From positions 12,338,001 to 12,402,000 of the forward strand of contig JAWMAR010000009.1 of assembly GCA_036785375.1 (NCBI GenBank): 64,000 nt of DNA, read 5' to 3'. The translations under genes were made by a program, and so were the position numbers. The notes beneath the pieces were generated by a model that was not told where the DNA came from, searched no databases, and saw only the letters and a list, made by a program, of their open reading frames with translations. Source of the DNA: Leucoraja ocellata. Taxonomy: Eukaryota. Of this stretch, positions 1 to 12,410 are shown one piece after another. Every line of letters begins with the position of its first letter. Within the stretch, counting starts at the first letter, position 1.

Positions 1-2673
1 ATTTACTTATTATGTGAATCATTAAAGACAATAGTCTTCGCTGATAATGGAGTCAAGCTGCCCAAATACTAATCAAGAAAGCTCTAAAGTGGAAGGTGTT
101 TGTCAACTGTCCCTGAACTGTGTACTCGGGAAAAGACAGGATACTGCCCTAGTCTATGTGTAACAGAGCTCAGCCTTCCGATTAACTCAATCGCAATGTC
201 CCATTCTGCCCTCTTCTATTTTACCAGAGCCATTCCCCATTTCAGAATCTGCACAAATAACCATTTTAGCAAGGACATGTACTAGGAAATTCACCCGCGG
301 CACATCATAATAACAAGCAATTGTACTATTGTTGCTTAAACATAACTTTAAGAATTATTTCAGCAATTTTGCCAACAGCTTTAATTGTTTGCTGTGGCCA
401 CAGAATCCCATCCTTAATTTCCCATTGCATTGTTCTTGTCCCTAATAATTCAGAATGTATTTCTTAAATCTAAAGTTTTAATGATTGATGGCAGACACTC
501 AGGATATTCTATTGTTTAATGTTGAATCTGAGCTGGTCGAGCAAAAATCTGCAACTACTTCACAAGTATGTGGCTAATGTTTATAATCAAAGCAACATAT
601 TAGAAAGCGTATTACCACCATCTATAAATGTAGTATATAATACATAAGGTATGAAAGCTATGTCTATTTGTCCATAATATCTATATATTTTGCAGGGGAT
701 TATGAATTATATTTGATATGCATATATATATTTCGGATTTCCAACATTCATATTACTGTCTTTTGTCAAATTGACCTTGGTCACCTTCAAGTTCATTTCC
801 TCTCCTTCTTGTTCTCCCTTTAACTTATGTTCCATGTTCTCTGGCGGTTTTTCTTCCTCCCTCTCTCCTCTAGTGAAGATTTTTTCATACTGTGGTAGGC
901 CGACAACAAGCCATTAATATTGTTCATCACGTTTTACACTCGGGCCTTTGGATAAAACAGCTCTCAGCTGTTCTCCTCCTCGATTTCTACCATCCCTCAG
1001 TCCAAAGCATGCAGTTAAACCTCTTCAAAGTCCAGTACTGCACAACATAGAGTCTACTGCACATCTCTACTGGTCCTGCCTCAATGGACACAGAGCTGGA
1101 GACCCATTGCACTCCTAAACCCACCAGTACATACAGCACCCGTCAGGGTGGGTGAAGTGCCAGTGTGGCTGCCATTTGCTGACAGTGATGTTCATGATGA
1201 ACAAATACAGCTCAAGAATACCAACAACTTCCTGAAATTTGATCAAGGGCCAGCAGAGGTTCGACAATCAAATAAGACATGCCATGCCGCAGGTGAAATT
1301 AGCTATCAGAACATCAAATATTTGCAAATTTCCTACTAATCTGATCTATTACAAATTAATTGAACATAAAATATAGAACATAGAACAGTACAGCACAGAA
1401 ATGGGCCATTTGGCCCACAATATCTGTGCTGAACACTAAATAGATAAACTAATCTCGTTTGCCTGCACAGGATCGATATCCATCCTTTCTCTGCATATCC
1501 TTGCGCCAATTCAAAAGACTCTGAAATGTCACTATTGTATCTGCATTCCAGGCACCCACCACACTGTGAAATACTTGCCCCGTACATCTTCACCTCTCTC
1601 ATCTTAAAGCTATGCTCTTTGACATTTCTATCCAGGGAAAAAGGTTCCGACTGTCCACCCCATCTATGCTTCTTCTAATTTTATGCACTTCTATCGGGTC
1701 TGGTTTTAATCATACTGTTAAAGATGTTATACTGTTAAAAACATATTTCACAATTGATATTAAAATTTGGCATAATTTCATAAAATAACAGAACACATTT
1801 AAATATATTTGTTAATATAATTGATTTAAAAATGTAAAATACTTCAAACTTGCTATTCTGTCACAGAAACATTCAGTCTCCTGTCCATTGAAATAAAGGG
1901 AATCATCAAACCTTTTCCATTGCTAGTTCTGCTCTTACTAAATCTGTTTCTCTCCACTCCCCTCTCCCCTGGCATCCAACATCAACTTCCCCACTTCTGC
2001 TTTGTTACGGTATAAGAAAAATATATGAGCTTTTTAAAAAATTCCCCATCACCTTTGGATATTTGAATTCACGATGATTATAAAAATGCTACCTAGTAAA
2101 TTTGATGGGATTTGTTTTGTGAAACTGTATTCAAGTGATCTAAACATCTTGATATTTTAAATATTAAGATTGTTTAAAAATGCAGAGGAGCGCAGAGCCA
2201 ACAAAATGAACATTAGAAGAGCACATTGACAGTAAATGTATGCGATCAATGCGCATAGCTCTCTCTCTGTATTTGTAGTTAGATGTGTGCATCTTATACC
2301 TGCACATGCAGAAATGTATGTGTTCATTCAGAGTGTGTGTGAATTAATATATTTCCATATCTGCCCACAAATCTCCTATGACATCATACGTGGAAGGCTA
2401 CACAAAGAATATTATCTGTTACTTCACTCTCTGCCCTGCATGCTGCTGTTTTCTCCTCTTCTTTTTATATCCTACTCTTTGCCTTTTATGTTCCCCCTAC
2501 AAATACCATTTGATCTGTTTCTCTAGTTCTTATTTGCTTTTCCTTTCAGGGTGGAGGTTGATGTTGTACAGCATTATGATGGGGGACTGATCTACTAATT
2601 GCTACACCTTCAGGTGGCTCTTGGAGGAAGATTTGCTCAGCTGTCACCTCACTGTTAAAGTCACTCCATGAGT

Positions 2674-2930
2674 GGCAGAGAGGCGCAGCGGTAGAGTTGC
2701 TCCGTTACAGTATCAGAGACCCGGGTTCGATACTGACTATGGGCAATGTCGGAATGGAGTTTGTACGTTCCCCCTGTGACCACGTGGGTTTTCCCTGGAT
2801 ACTCCAGTTTCCTCCTGCATTCCAAAGACCTACAAGTTTGTAGACGTGTAGGACAGCACTAGTATACTGGTCGGCGTAGACTCGGTGGGCCGAAGGGCCT
2901 GTTTCCATGATGTATGTCTAAAATTCTAAA
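2674..2930 (+). mobile_element. tRNA-derived V-SINE (HE1-like)
   Basis: A box ggcgcagcgg (2682), B box ggttcgatac (2724), V-domain ggagtttgtacgttc...gtgggttttc...ccagtttcctcc...caaagac, LINE-derived tail gggccgaagggcctgtttcc. Confidence 0.85.
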
Positions 2931-3814
2931 GTCTATGGAAGATGTAGCTCCCAGAGTTTGTCAACACAGTGGGACCTCCCTGCCTGATATTCTAATTCAA
3001 TCTACATTGTGCCAATTACCATTCACTTACACCATTCACTTACACCACTGTCCCATCTCGTGGTCATTGATTCTGCTGCCTCATGCCCCTGGAACTACCC
3101 AGTGAAACTCATTCTCATTTCCTCTGCTGTTATCTCTCTCATAAACTCACTTCAATAATTCTCAACAGTGTTACCTACTCTGCTCAAAGGCAGGTGCTGA
3201 GTGCCCCAAAACTATGGCACCCACACCATCAACAACAATGACCTTTCCCACACTCCCATCCCCAACATACCCTCTGCCCCACTCCACCTCTTCTCTGTTC
3301 CAAAACTTCCTCTCTGCTTTCATCAATACACTTTGTTAAATGCGTCTTGTTTTCAACCAGTCAGGTTGAGTAAAGTGCCCTGTCTTTTGCTTTTCATGCC
3401 ACTGATATCTTGTTGTCTCACAGGGGCCAACAATGAAATGCCCACAGGTTCTCACTCCCAATTCAACTAGAGATTGTCCACCAGCATCAAAATTCTTCTT
3501 GAAAATGAGTTACAAAAATTAAAAGGGGAAACAGTCTCTTTCCATGTTTTGATTTTATTACATTCTCCAAAATCTGTGGATATATCAAATGCACACATTA
3601 TCCATAGATAATTATCACTTACATACTTTATCTAGTCGAAAATAAGTACTAATATAACAATTGACTGCATTTACATGTGTGGGAATGACCAGGACGGTAT
3701 TTGCAAAACAAACCGAAACATCTGGAAATAGTAGATCAAATAGCATCTGTGGAGCAAAAAGTTAGCCTTTGAAGTCCACCATCAGAAGTGGAAAAAGTAA
3801 AAGATTGTAAGATG

Positions 3815-3938
3815 GAGCGAAGGAAATAGGTAACGTTGCCTATTTCCTTCGCTCCATAGATGCTGCTGCACCCGTTGAGTTTCTCCAGCATTTTTGTGTG
3901 TCTCCGATTTTCCAGCATCTGCAGTTCCTTCTTCAACA
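3815..3938 (-). repeat. Penelope-derived terminal-repeat insertion with short foldback
   Basis: 16-bp TSD AAAAGATTGTAAGATG at 3799-3814 and 3939-3954; palindrome centred at 3834/3835. Confidence 0.8.
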
Positions 3939-6099
3939 AAAAGATTGTAAGATGTTACTTAAAACCATCTTTTGTTGTATCTTAAAGCTGTTTATTCCAA
4001 TGAAACGCCATGAATCTGAAACATTCGGCTCATCTTTGATCAGAGACTGAATGGCTTCTGGTATTTTAGTAAAAATACACTTCCAGTATTTTGTTATTTT
4101 ATTTCGGATTCCCATCATCTGCCGGGTTTTGCCACGAGGGAGTGCATTGTGCATCTGTCACCTCGAGTCTATTTATGATCTATATGTTTACATCGACTTG
4201 CTTATGGGTCAGAGTAAATGTTTTGACATCATCGGCCATCAGTGCTTCTAGTCAGGTCCTCATTTGTGACTGTCTGAGTTTAAATATCGATAATGTATTT
4301 CCATCTCTTGATCAGATTTAGATGCATTTATGCTAGTGTGGTTATTTTATTGCTTACAATACAAAGTGTTTCTGATTTCGCCAGTGTAGCGACCTATTAC
4401 ATGTCTTGAGTTAGTTTTGCTGGTTCATATTTTAGCAAGCAGGTGTCTTCTGATTAAACAGATTGCCCACAAGATTAGTGGGGGGAACACGTTTTTGGTC
4501 ATTACGTGCATTTATCATTGGATTTAATTAATTTCAATTTATAAAACGATTAACAATTATGAAACACGTTCCAAGTAGTAAACTTGGAAGGCAATGACGG
4601 GATCTTATACGCCATCGAGTTCGATTCTGTTTAGATTAAGTGGATTTCCTTGTACGATCAACCAAAGATCCTATAGGATCAACGATTGACCTTGTGGCGT
4701 TGTCAGCTCCTGTACCCAGCGACGTTGGATGTCGGTGTTTGTTGACAGATGGGCCTGGGACGTGCATGTTCAACAAACTGTCAAAATCACGTTTAACTGA
4801 GCACTGTTTAAATCAAAAGGTGCTACAGACACAAGGCCAGAATTTGATCGGCTATCAGTAACGTTATAGCAATTGAGTGCTGCGTTTTGCTCAAGATTCC
4901 AGCATCTGCAGGTCCTTGTGTCTTAGTGTAATAATTATCTGGCAACTTTTCAATATTTTTATTTTGCCGGAGTGAGGAATTTATCAACACGAGGAATACA
5001 GCCAGGGAAACTGGCCAGATATCACGGCCAGGGACTTTTATTGGAATGCAAAACAGTTCGAAATATACAATTACAGCGAGCGGGATTCCTCCCCGGGAGG
5101 GTCTGTATTTGGGTGGAGACTGTGAATGGCATCTCGGGCGAGAGAATGTTTATATTGTTGACGTTTTAAGACATTTAGGGAATGATATGTGCGCAGTGTT
5201 AAGATGCAGGGGTATAAACTCTGATTCTCATCTACTTGGTGCTTAAGGCTTGAAGATCTGCATTGGCCAGTAGATTAATGGCCATTAATCTGCATTAATT
5301 TAACAATGTCGATTGTCTAGCGAATTCCTGCCAGAAGTCTGTTTTTTCCTACTGCATTTGTCTTCTATGAGGCGATAATTGACCTATCAATATATTTACT
5401 ATTTAAACGTGTCACTATTTATTTTTTGGCTCGTGCCAGGAGTAATGTCTTTATATGTATTGCTCCTGCAAGAACCTTTAACCCACACCTCCCTCCCCGC
5501 GAGTTTAGAGACTATATCCAGAATTGGCAATCATTGGACATTGGGTAACTGGATCTGTAAACCTCTGTAACCCTGGCACTGTGTATATTTCTGCTCATTG
5601 CAAATGTTACCCTAAATTCGTTAACTTCAGAAAGGTCGGAAATGGTTGTTAGTGTAATGTTTGTACAAATTATTTCACGCAGAATGTTTATTAAAAATGG
5701 AAACGTCCCAATAAAAAGCACATCAGCGCTGTGCAAAAAAAAGTTCAGTACAAAAGAAAAACCGCCGCCAATCTTGCCGTACACGAAACCCCTCAAAAAA
5801 ATAATTAAGTGAGAGAGAGAGTATTTGCATTAGAAATTGAAAAATGAATAATTCTAATCGAATATTTGACGACAATATTGCAAGATTCACAAGTACTGGC
5901 GCTCAGGCGAGGAAGAGCGCCGGAGGATATTTTGCCTTTCCTGCTAATTGAGAACGAATAAATGTCAACGATTGTAATAAGAATGAACTAAGAATGCTGG
6001 TTCGATATTTTGTCTTTGTTTCTGAATAATAATGAGTAATAATTTAAAACAAATAATTCCTTAATTTGCATTGGTCTGACCATCTCTTATCTTGTCCAG

Positions 6100-6341
6100 G
6101 TCTTTGGCTCTGGGGCATCAGTACTCGTCTCTCGGTTCCCAACCCATCCTCTGCGGTAGTATCCCGGGTCTAGTCCCAAAGCAACTCCGCTTCTGCAGGA
6201 ACTACATCGAGATCATGCCCAGTGTGGCCGAGGGAGTCAAGATCGGGATCCAGGAGTGCCAACATCAGTTCCGGGGCAGGAGGTGGAACTGTACAACTGT
6301 CAATGACAACCTGGCCATCTTCGGACCAGTTCTGGATAAAG
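6100..6341 (+). CDS. WNT3: WNT3 coding exon 2 (242 nt; exon 1 with start codon and signal peptide is outside the window)
   Basis: Acceptor ttgtccag|G at 6098-6099 and donor AAAG|gtatt at 6342. Translates (W)SLALGHQYSSLGSQPILCGSIPGLVPKQLRFCRNYIEIMPSVAEG...WNCTTVNDNLAIFGPVLDK, the Wnt3/3a subfamily N-terminal region. Phase 1 end joins exon 3 (G|CC = Ala). Confidence 0.95.
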
Positions 6342-6544
6342 GTATTTCAAGCTGACACTCCCAGGCAAGATCAGAATGGCGGAACACTAACACACACCTT
6401 CCATTCGGGGGGAGGGGCGGAGGGAGTGAAAACCGAAAAAAGAAATTGCTATTTGGAGAAATGCTTACACTGTGAAATCGCACAATCTTTTACTGAGTAG
6501 CCCCAAGTAAAATTAACCAACATGGTTATGGTTAGAATAACTCT

Positions 6545-6731
6545 GTGTTTATGAAGGAACTGCAGATGCAGGAAAATCGAAGGTAGACAAAAGTGCTGGA
6601 GAAACTCAGCGGGTGCAGCAGCATCTATGGAGCGAAGGAAATAGGCAACGTTTCGGCACGAAACGTTGCCTATTTCCTTCGCTCCATAGATGCTGCTGCA
6701 CCCGCTGAGTTTCTCCAGCACTTTTGGCTAC
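6545..6731. repeat. Penelope-derived palindromic insertion (73-bp arms)
   Basis: 14-bp TSD GTTAGAATAACTCT at 6531-6544 and 6732-6745; arms 6583-6655 and 6659-6731 with one mismatch and a 3-nt loop. Confidence 0.88.
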
Positions 6732-8349
6732 GTTAGAATAACTCTACACTCTTAAAACAAAATTAAAAGTTTGTATAACCAATCCAAATACATGCATTTG
6801 GAATAGCAAGTGTTATCGGGAATGTTAAACCGTGTTCCATCCAATCGCTCTATAGTGTAGAGCTCTTTACTGCAAATTAAATTATAGGTTGGTCAATGCT
6901 AAACTGGAATTCTCAGGAGTTTGAGGATGACTAATCTGGAATGGAGGAACTTCAGAACTATTTCTTGTTATCAATTTCAATGGACAAACCAGTGGTCACA
7001 TTGGAGGTTAGAACAGTTTGTTTTTAATGCGTGGTTGCATTGAGATGGAGAATTGGTGGTGAATTGGAATTTGTTAGTCAGCGTCAACTCCGTATAGTGC
7101 AAAACTCCGTGCCACTCCGTTTTCCTCATTTCCAAATTTCTCAATCGGCCCCTTGCCGCTGTATCAACAGCCCCGAATTTATCAGGGAAATCCAAGTTTA
7201 AGAAACTTTTCTGTCTGGGATGAGGATGAGAAAGGGATCGATCCCTGGTGAGTCGTGAATTCCCACAAATTGTTGGAGGATTTGTGCTCTTCAAATCCAG
7301 GGTCAGCTTCACTGCATGTGTTAAGAAAAAATACGTGTGTGTGTGTGTGTGGTTGGGGGGGTTGCAGTGTTTGTGAGGCATATAGCTACATCTTCAGAAA
7401 GTTGGGACGTTTCTAATCACGTTGTGATGACACTATAGAGATTGTGTTGCGGCTGAGCTGCCACTTACCTTCAGAGACACATAAAGTCAACAAGTAAAAC
7501 GACCGAGTTCTTCTCCTGCTAGTAATGGTATTAACTTATCACTGTCACGTGTGGTGAGATAAAGTAAGAAGCTTCATCTAGGTACACTTCATACCATGCA
7601 TGAGTGCAATCCCACCATTCCTACAACTGGAAGTGCAGAATATACTTTTATAGCTACTGAGAACCCCAAAACAGGTGTACTTGTCTGTTTCTATAAATCT
7701 AAAAAAAATACTTCAACTAAATTCCTTGGTTCTCTTTTAATTTAAGCTTCCCCTCTCTTTACATCTTATTTGGCCAATTGTACTCTTAATGTACCATGTT
7801 CCCTTCTTGATCATTTGTCTCCCTCTCCCTCCTTCAATCTAAGAAGCCTTCTGGAACTGGTGGCAGACTGTAGTTTGCCAAATTCATTAAGTTCCCCTTT
7901 ATTTTGTTCTCTTCAGTGTGCGCTCAAATGTGCCCATCTTGCAATGCAATATCAATTAACTTAAAGGTGAGGGGAAACTCGTTCCAGCAATAGACACAAA
8001 ATGCAGGACAGGCAGCATCTCTGGAGAGAAGGAATGGGTGTCATTTCCAGTTGCTGCCTGACCCTCTAAGTTAATTCTGTGTCTATCTGCAGTGTAAACC
8101 AACATCTGCCGTTCTTTTCTACACATTAGTTTCTTGGCATTGATGTTAATTTTTGGCTGCTTACACTTTCGTGAGGTGCTTTTCCATATGCTCCTTCATT
8201 GAACATGACAGAAATGCAAGTACTGAAGAAAAACATTGTGATGCTGGAAACTAGGAATAAAATACTAGAAAGGAGTCTTGGAGCGTTATAGCTTGAAACT
8301 GGTCCTATGGCCTAACTTGTCCATGCCGACCAAGTTGCCTGATCAAGAT

Positions 8350-8850
8350 TAGGTAATTATCTTCGCTTCAGTTGATCCAGCTTACAACCCAATGGTATGA
8401 ACATTGAATTCTCCAATTTTAGTTAACTTCTACAAACTCCTCCCTCTTTCCCTGAACCCTGGCTGATCTTGCACTAGTTTCTCCCCTCCCTCTCCCCCTT
8501 TATCTACATTCCTTCCACCAACTACCCATTTGCAACTTTTCTATCCTCTGGCTTCACAATTTGCAATTTTTTTCATCCTTTTGGATCGTACCTGCTTTTT
8601 AAAAAAAATCTCTGGCCTTTGTCCAACATTCAGCCTATCAACCACCCACATCACTAGTGTTTGCCTATTACTGTCCATGCATGTCAGCCCCTCCTCTCTA
8701 CCAGCTTTCTTTCCCATTACCCATGCAATTAATTTGAAGAAAGGTCTAAACATCTATCCATGTTCTTCAGAGATGCTGCTTGACCCCCTGAGTTATTCAA
8801 GCATTTTGTATCTTTCTTTGGTACACCAACATCTGCAGTTCCTTGTTATT
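8350..8850 (+). mobile_element. Penelope-like element 3' fragment (ORF end, pyrimidine-rich UTR, terminal repeat)
   Basis: agcttacaacccaatggtatgaacattgaattctccaatttt = SLQPNGMNIEFSNF, the GIY-YIG C-terminus of vertebrate PLEs. It is followed by a decayed tgaagaa(g)ggtct hammerhead remnant and the agagatgctgc...tgagttattc..gcatttt repeat seen throughout the window. Confidence 0.72.
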
Positions 8851-11800
8851 ACATTTTGCCTGACCAAGATAGTCCCTGTACCTGCTTCATATGCCTCCAA
8901 ACCTTTTCAAGCCATGTAGCATGTACCACAATCTCTAGCACTCGTTCCATATTATGCACTACCCTCTATATGAAAACATTGCTGTTCAGATCCATTTAAA
9001 ATCTTTCCCTTATCACCTTAAGCACCATGCTCAATACTCGAGTACTTAAACGAACGAGTAACAAAACTAATGTGTCAAGCTGAGTTTCCATTGGGACATT
9101 TACTGGTAAATTGTTCTTGAATTTGGCCTTGTTAGATGGTTGGCTGAATCATAATTTTGTTTGTGGCAACATAAACAGAAATCACCCCCACATACAAGTC
9201 TAAGATTTACTTTAGACTTGGTGCCATGATTATAATTGAGAAGGGATAAGAATAACTCAATTTGATAATGCTACCAAATTCTAGTCCATTTACCTTTTGT
9301 TAAGTCACATATTCAAGTAAAGAGGAAACCCATTTGTTTTATCTTTCAACATTAAATTCACCCTACTGCACCCAAGGGTATTCTTACTTATACCTACTTG
9401 CAAAAGCACTTAAGATAGACAATAACTGAGATTGAAATGGAAATAGATGTCTTTTGATTTATTTTTAAACATCAAATTTAGTTTCATAAAATAGAGTAAG
9501 TAAAAATATAGTTCAATTTTCAATTAGCAATTAAAGACTAATGAAATTTAGTTTTTTTTTTAAATTAATGTAATTGTTTAAACAAGGTTATCTATAAAGA
9601 AGACAATTCCATCATTTATTTTCATGGTCACCAGTGCAATTGCCAACATGTTAAAGTTTGAAACTTGGAGATTTGTTTAGTGTCCTTTATTTTAAAATTG
9701 AACAAACCTTTGCAAAGGAACAATTTCCATAATGCGGATTATTATCATAGGTGCAAAAACTACCAGGTAAATCAAATAGAAATGTTGTTGTTTGCCGACA
9801 CACAAACTATAAACAGTAGTCAGAAGTGAAATACTGGGATGGTCAGGTGACTCATTTTGGGATTCTGGAAGTGGATGAGGTAGTGTTGGAAAAACACTTC
9901 AACTTCAACAAACTGCATGATAGATATTGCAAATATGTGAAACATATTCACATGTAGGTATTGGTTCTTAAGGTTTTACAGGATTATATGGAGCAATATA
10001 TATTGGTGGCAGTTTTGCATGCTGTACAACTTTTCATATCATGTGTATTTGGATGCTTTATGTTTGAGTCACATATGGTACGATTATGTGTCTATAATAC
10101 CAGTTAGGGTGTGAGTCAAAGTTTGGATTGATAGCAAATTCTTCCAAATTTATTGTAAACACAGTATGTGATGACTGTTTATGGTATGATGCATTGCAGT
10201 ATGTAAACAGGGTTCCAGACACGTAATGTTGGCCATGTTCTCTGTTGCCTCTATTGCAATCTCTGGCTTTAAAGCTAGTGTAGCTTTGGTAGTACTAGAT
10301 GAACAGCCAAAAACTGGCATTTAGTGCTGTATCACCTGAAGTAATTGGATTGAAAACAACATCATACAATTCCATAATGTAAAAAATGCCAATTATTTAT
10401 ATTTTAATAATTTGGCATTTTTAACTAATTCAGTATGTACTAGTCATGCTATCAACTATCTACCAATAATGGCATTGTTATCATTGAGTCAATATATTAA
10501 AGCATCAGGGTTACCTTTCAGAGCTTGTATATCAATAAATCAATTATTCCCAAATATTATCACGCGAGATATCCAATATTAGAAATGTTGTATTTTAAGT
10601 AAGATATGACTAGAGGATCCAGATATTTGTTTCTGAAGAAGAAGAAGGTGCCCTTCAGTCTGAAGCAGGGTCCCGGCCCAAAATGTCATCTGTGCATTTT
10701 CTCCCGGAATGCTGCCTGACCCACTGAGTTACTCCAGCATTTTGTGTCTTTCACTGACACACATAATCTGGTTATTATTGCATTGTTTTATGTGGGACAT
10801 TTCCACGTGCAAACTATCTGCCCATTTCTGATATTATGTTAGTGACTTCACTTCATAATCAAATCATTAATGTTGGAATTCTGTGAAGTTTCTACGTATG
10901 CCAAAATTTATTTGTTTTAAGCCGAATCAAAACTTCCTCAATATTGATATGTTCCAAACAGTTACACTAGCCATGTTAAGAATGAGTAAACAAACCTGCA
11001 CATCAACACAATCACAGTATAAGGTCACGGATGAAATACTGCAAATCTGCATAGATTCATCCAATAAAATCATACAAAATATATGTGGCGTTGTAAAGTA
11101 TAAGGCTTCACTGGCACACAGTATAAGTTTGAACAAAACTGTTGAAGGCATTTTTGGAAACACTGAGGAGGGAGTAAATTGAAAATCAGTGCAGGATTCT
11201 CTTTGTAGATAGTGTTCCAAACAAAACAAAACACAAGGAGCTATACGGTGCTGAAATAATTTCCATACCTTTGCCAGAATGTGCAAGTGAAAGGCTTTGG
11301 GTGGGGACCTATATCACGACTTTTATCACCAAAGTTGGTGAGCTATCTACACAAAAGGAAATAATCTCTAAGGTAATAATGAGCTGAAATATCATATCAG
11401 CAGGCCCTTTTCAGTTATATTGTTAAAAGTATGTTGGTTTCCACATGCCTGACTACCCCAGTTGAGTTTACTAATTATCACCACATTTCTTTCATTGCTT
11501 GGCTCCCTACCAAAATATGTGTCAGTTGTAGGAACATTCTGCTTGATGACATCTCGCTTTCCATCTGTCTCTGCACATTGCATATCTCCTGCATTTTCTG
11601 CCGCCTGAGGCCATTCTTGATTAAATTGATATGCAGAGAGCACGGGATGAACTGGTGACTTCTTGCATACAGATCAACAAGTGATATATATGTTCCGGTT
11701 TATTGAGTTGCTGTCCTTCCCTCCGTTGATTCCGGTCGTGGGTTAAAAGCCCACACGGGCACAACTAATGGTAGAGAACTGCAGAAGAGTCAGACATTTG

Positions 11801-11889
11801 ACCCAGGTCCTCTTAGATGAACTAACAAAATCCCATGGTAGAATTCTGAAGAATAATACTGGAATTTCTCCCAACATCCCACCCAATAT

Positions 11890-12025
11890 TCAGTCTGAAG
11901 AAAGGTCTCGACCCAAAACGTCATCCATTCCTTCTCTCCAGAGATGCTGCCTGTCCCTCTGAGTTACTCCAGCATTTTGTGTCTACCTTTGATTTAAACC
12001 AGCGTCTGATTTTCTTTCCTACACA
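11890..12025 (+). repeat. Penelope-derived terminal repeat with decayed hammerhead core; similar copies at about 7990-8125, 10655-10750, 21335-21450, 22885-23005, 28213-28340, 39722-39810, 40335-40430, 40515-40610 and 62540-62670
   Basis: cagtctgaagaaaggtctcgacccaaaacgtca...agagatgctgcctgtccc.ctgagttactccagcattttgtgtctac; the core GAAA reads AAAA, consistent with CpG decay. Confidence 0.78.
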
Positions 12026-12133
12026 TTACTCAAGAAAACCCAGATTGTCGTCTTATAACATTGCAGGCCACGAGAGAATGCAGGGCATTCATATGTTATA
12101 GCAGTAAGAATACATCCGTGCATTCTTAATTAA

Positions 12134-12410
12134 CACGGTGGCATAGTGGTGCAGGGGTAGAGTCCCAGGTTCAATCCTGAACTATGGCTGCTGTCTGTAC
12201 TGACTTTGTATGTTCTCCCTGTGACCGCATGGGATTTCTCCAGGTACTCCGATTTCCTCCCACATCCCAAAGATGTGCAGGTTTCTAGGTTAATTGGCTT
12301 CTGTAAATTGTCCCCAGTGTATAGGATAGAACTAGTGTATGGGTGATTCTTGGTCGGCATGGACTAGGTGAGCCAAAGGCTCTTGTTTCCACGCTGTATC
12401 TCTAAACTCT
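12134..12410 (+). mobile_element. V-SINE (HE1-like)
   Basis: Same head, V-domain and tail as 2674-2930. Confidence 0.82.

Noticed and set aside
2674-2745. tRNA gene
   Set aside because: A/B boxes belong to a SINE head; no cloverleaf, and it continues into V-domain and LINE tail.
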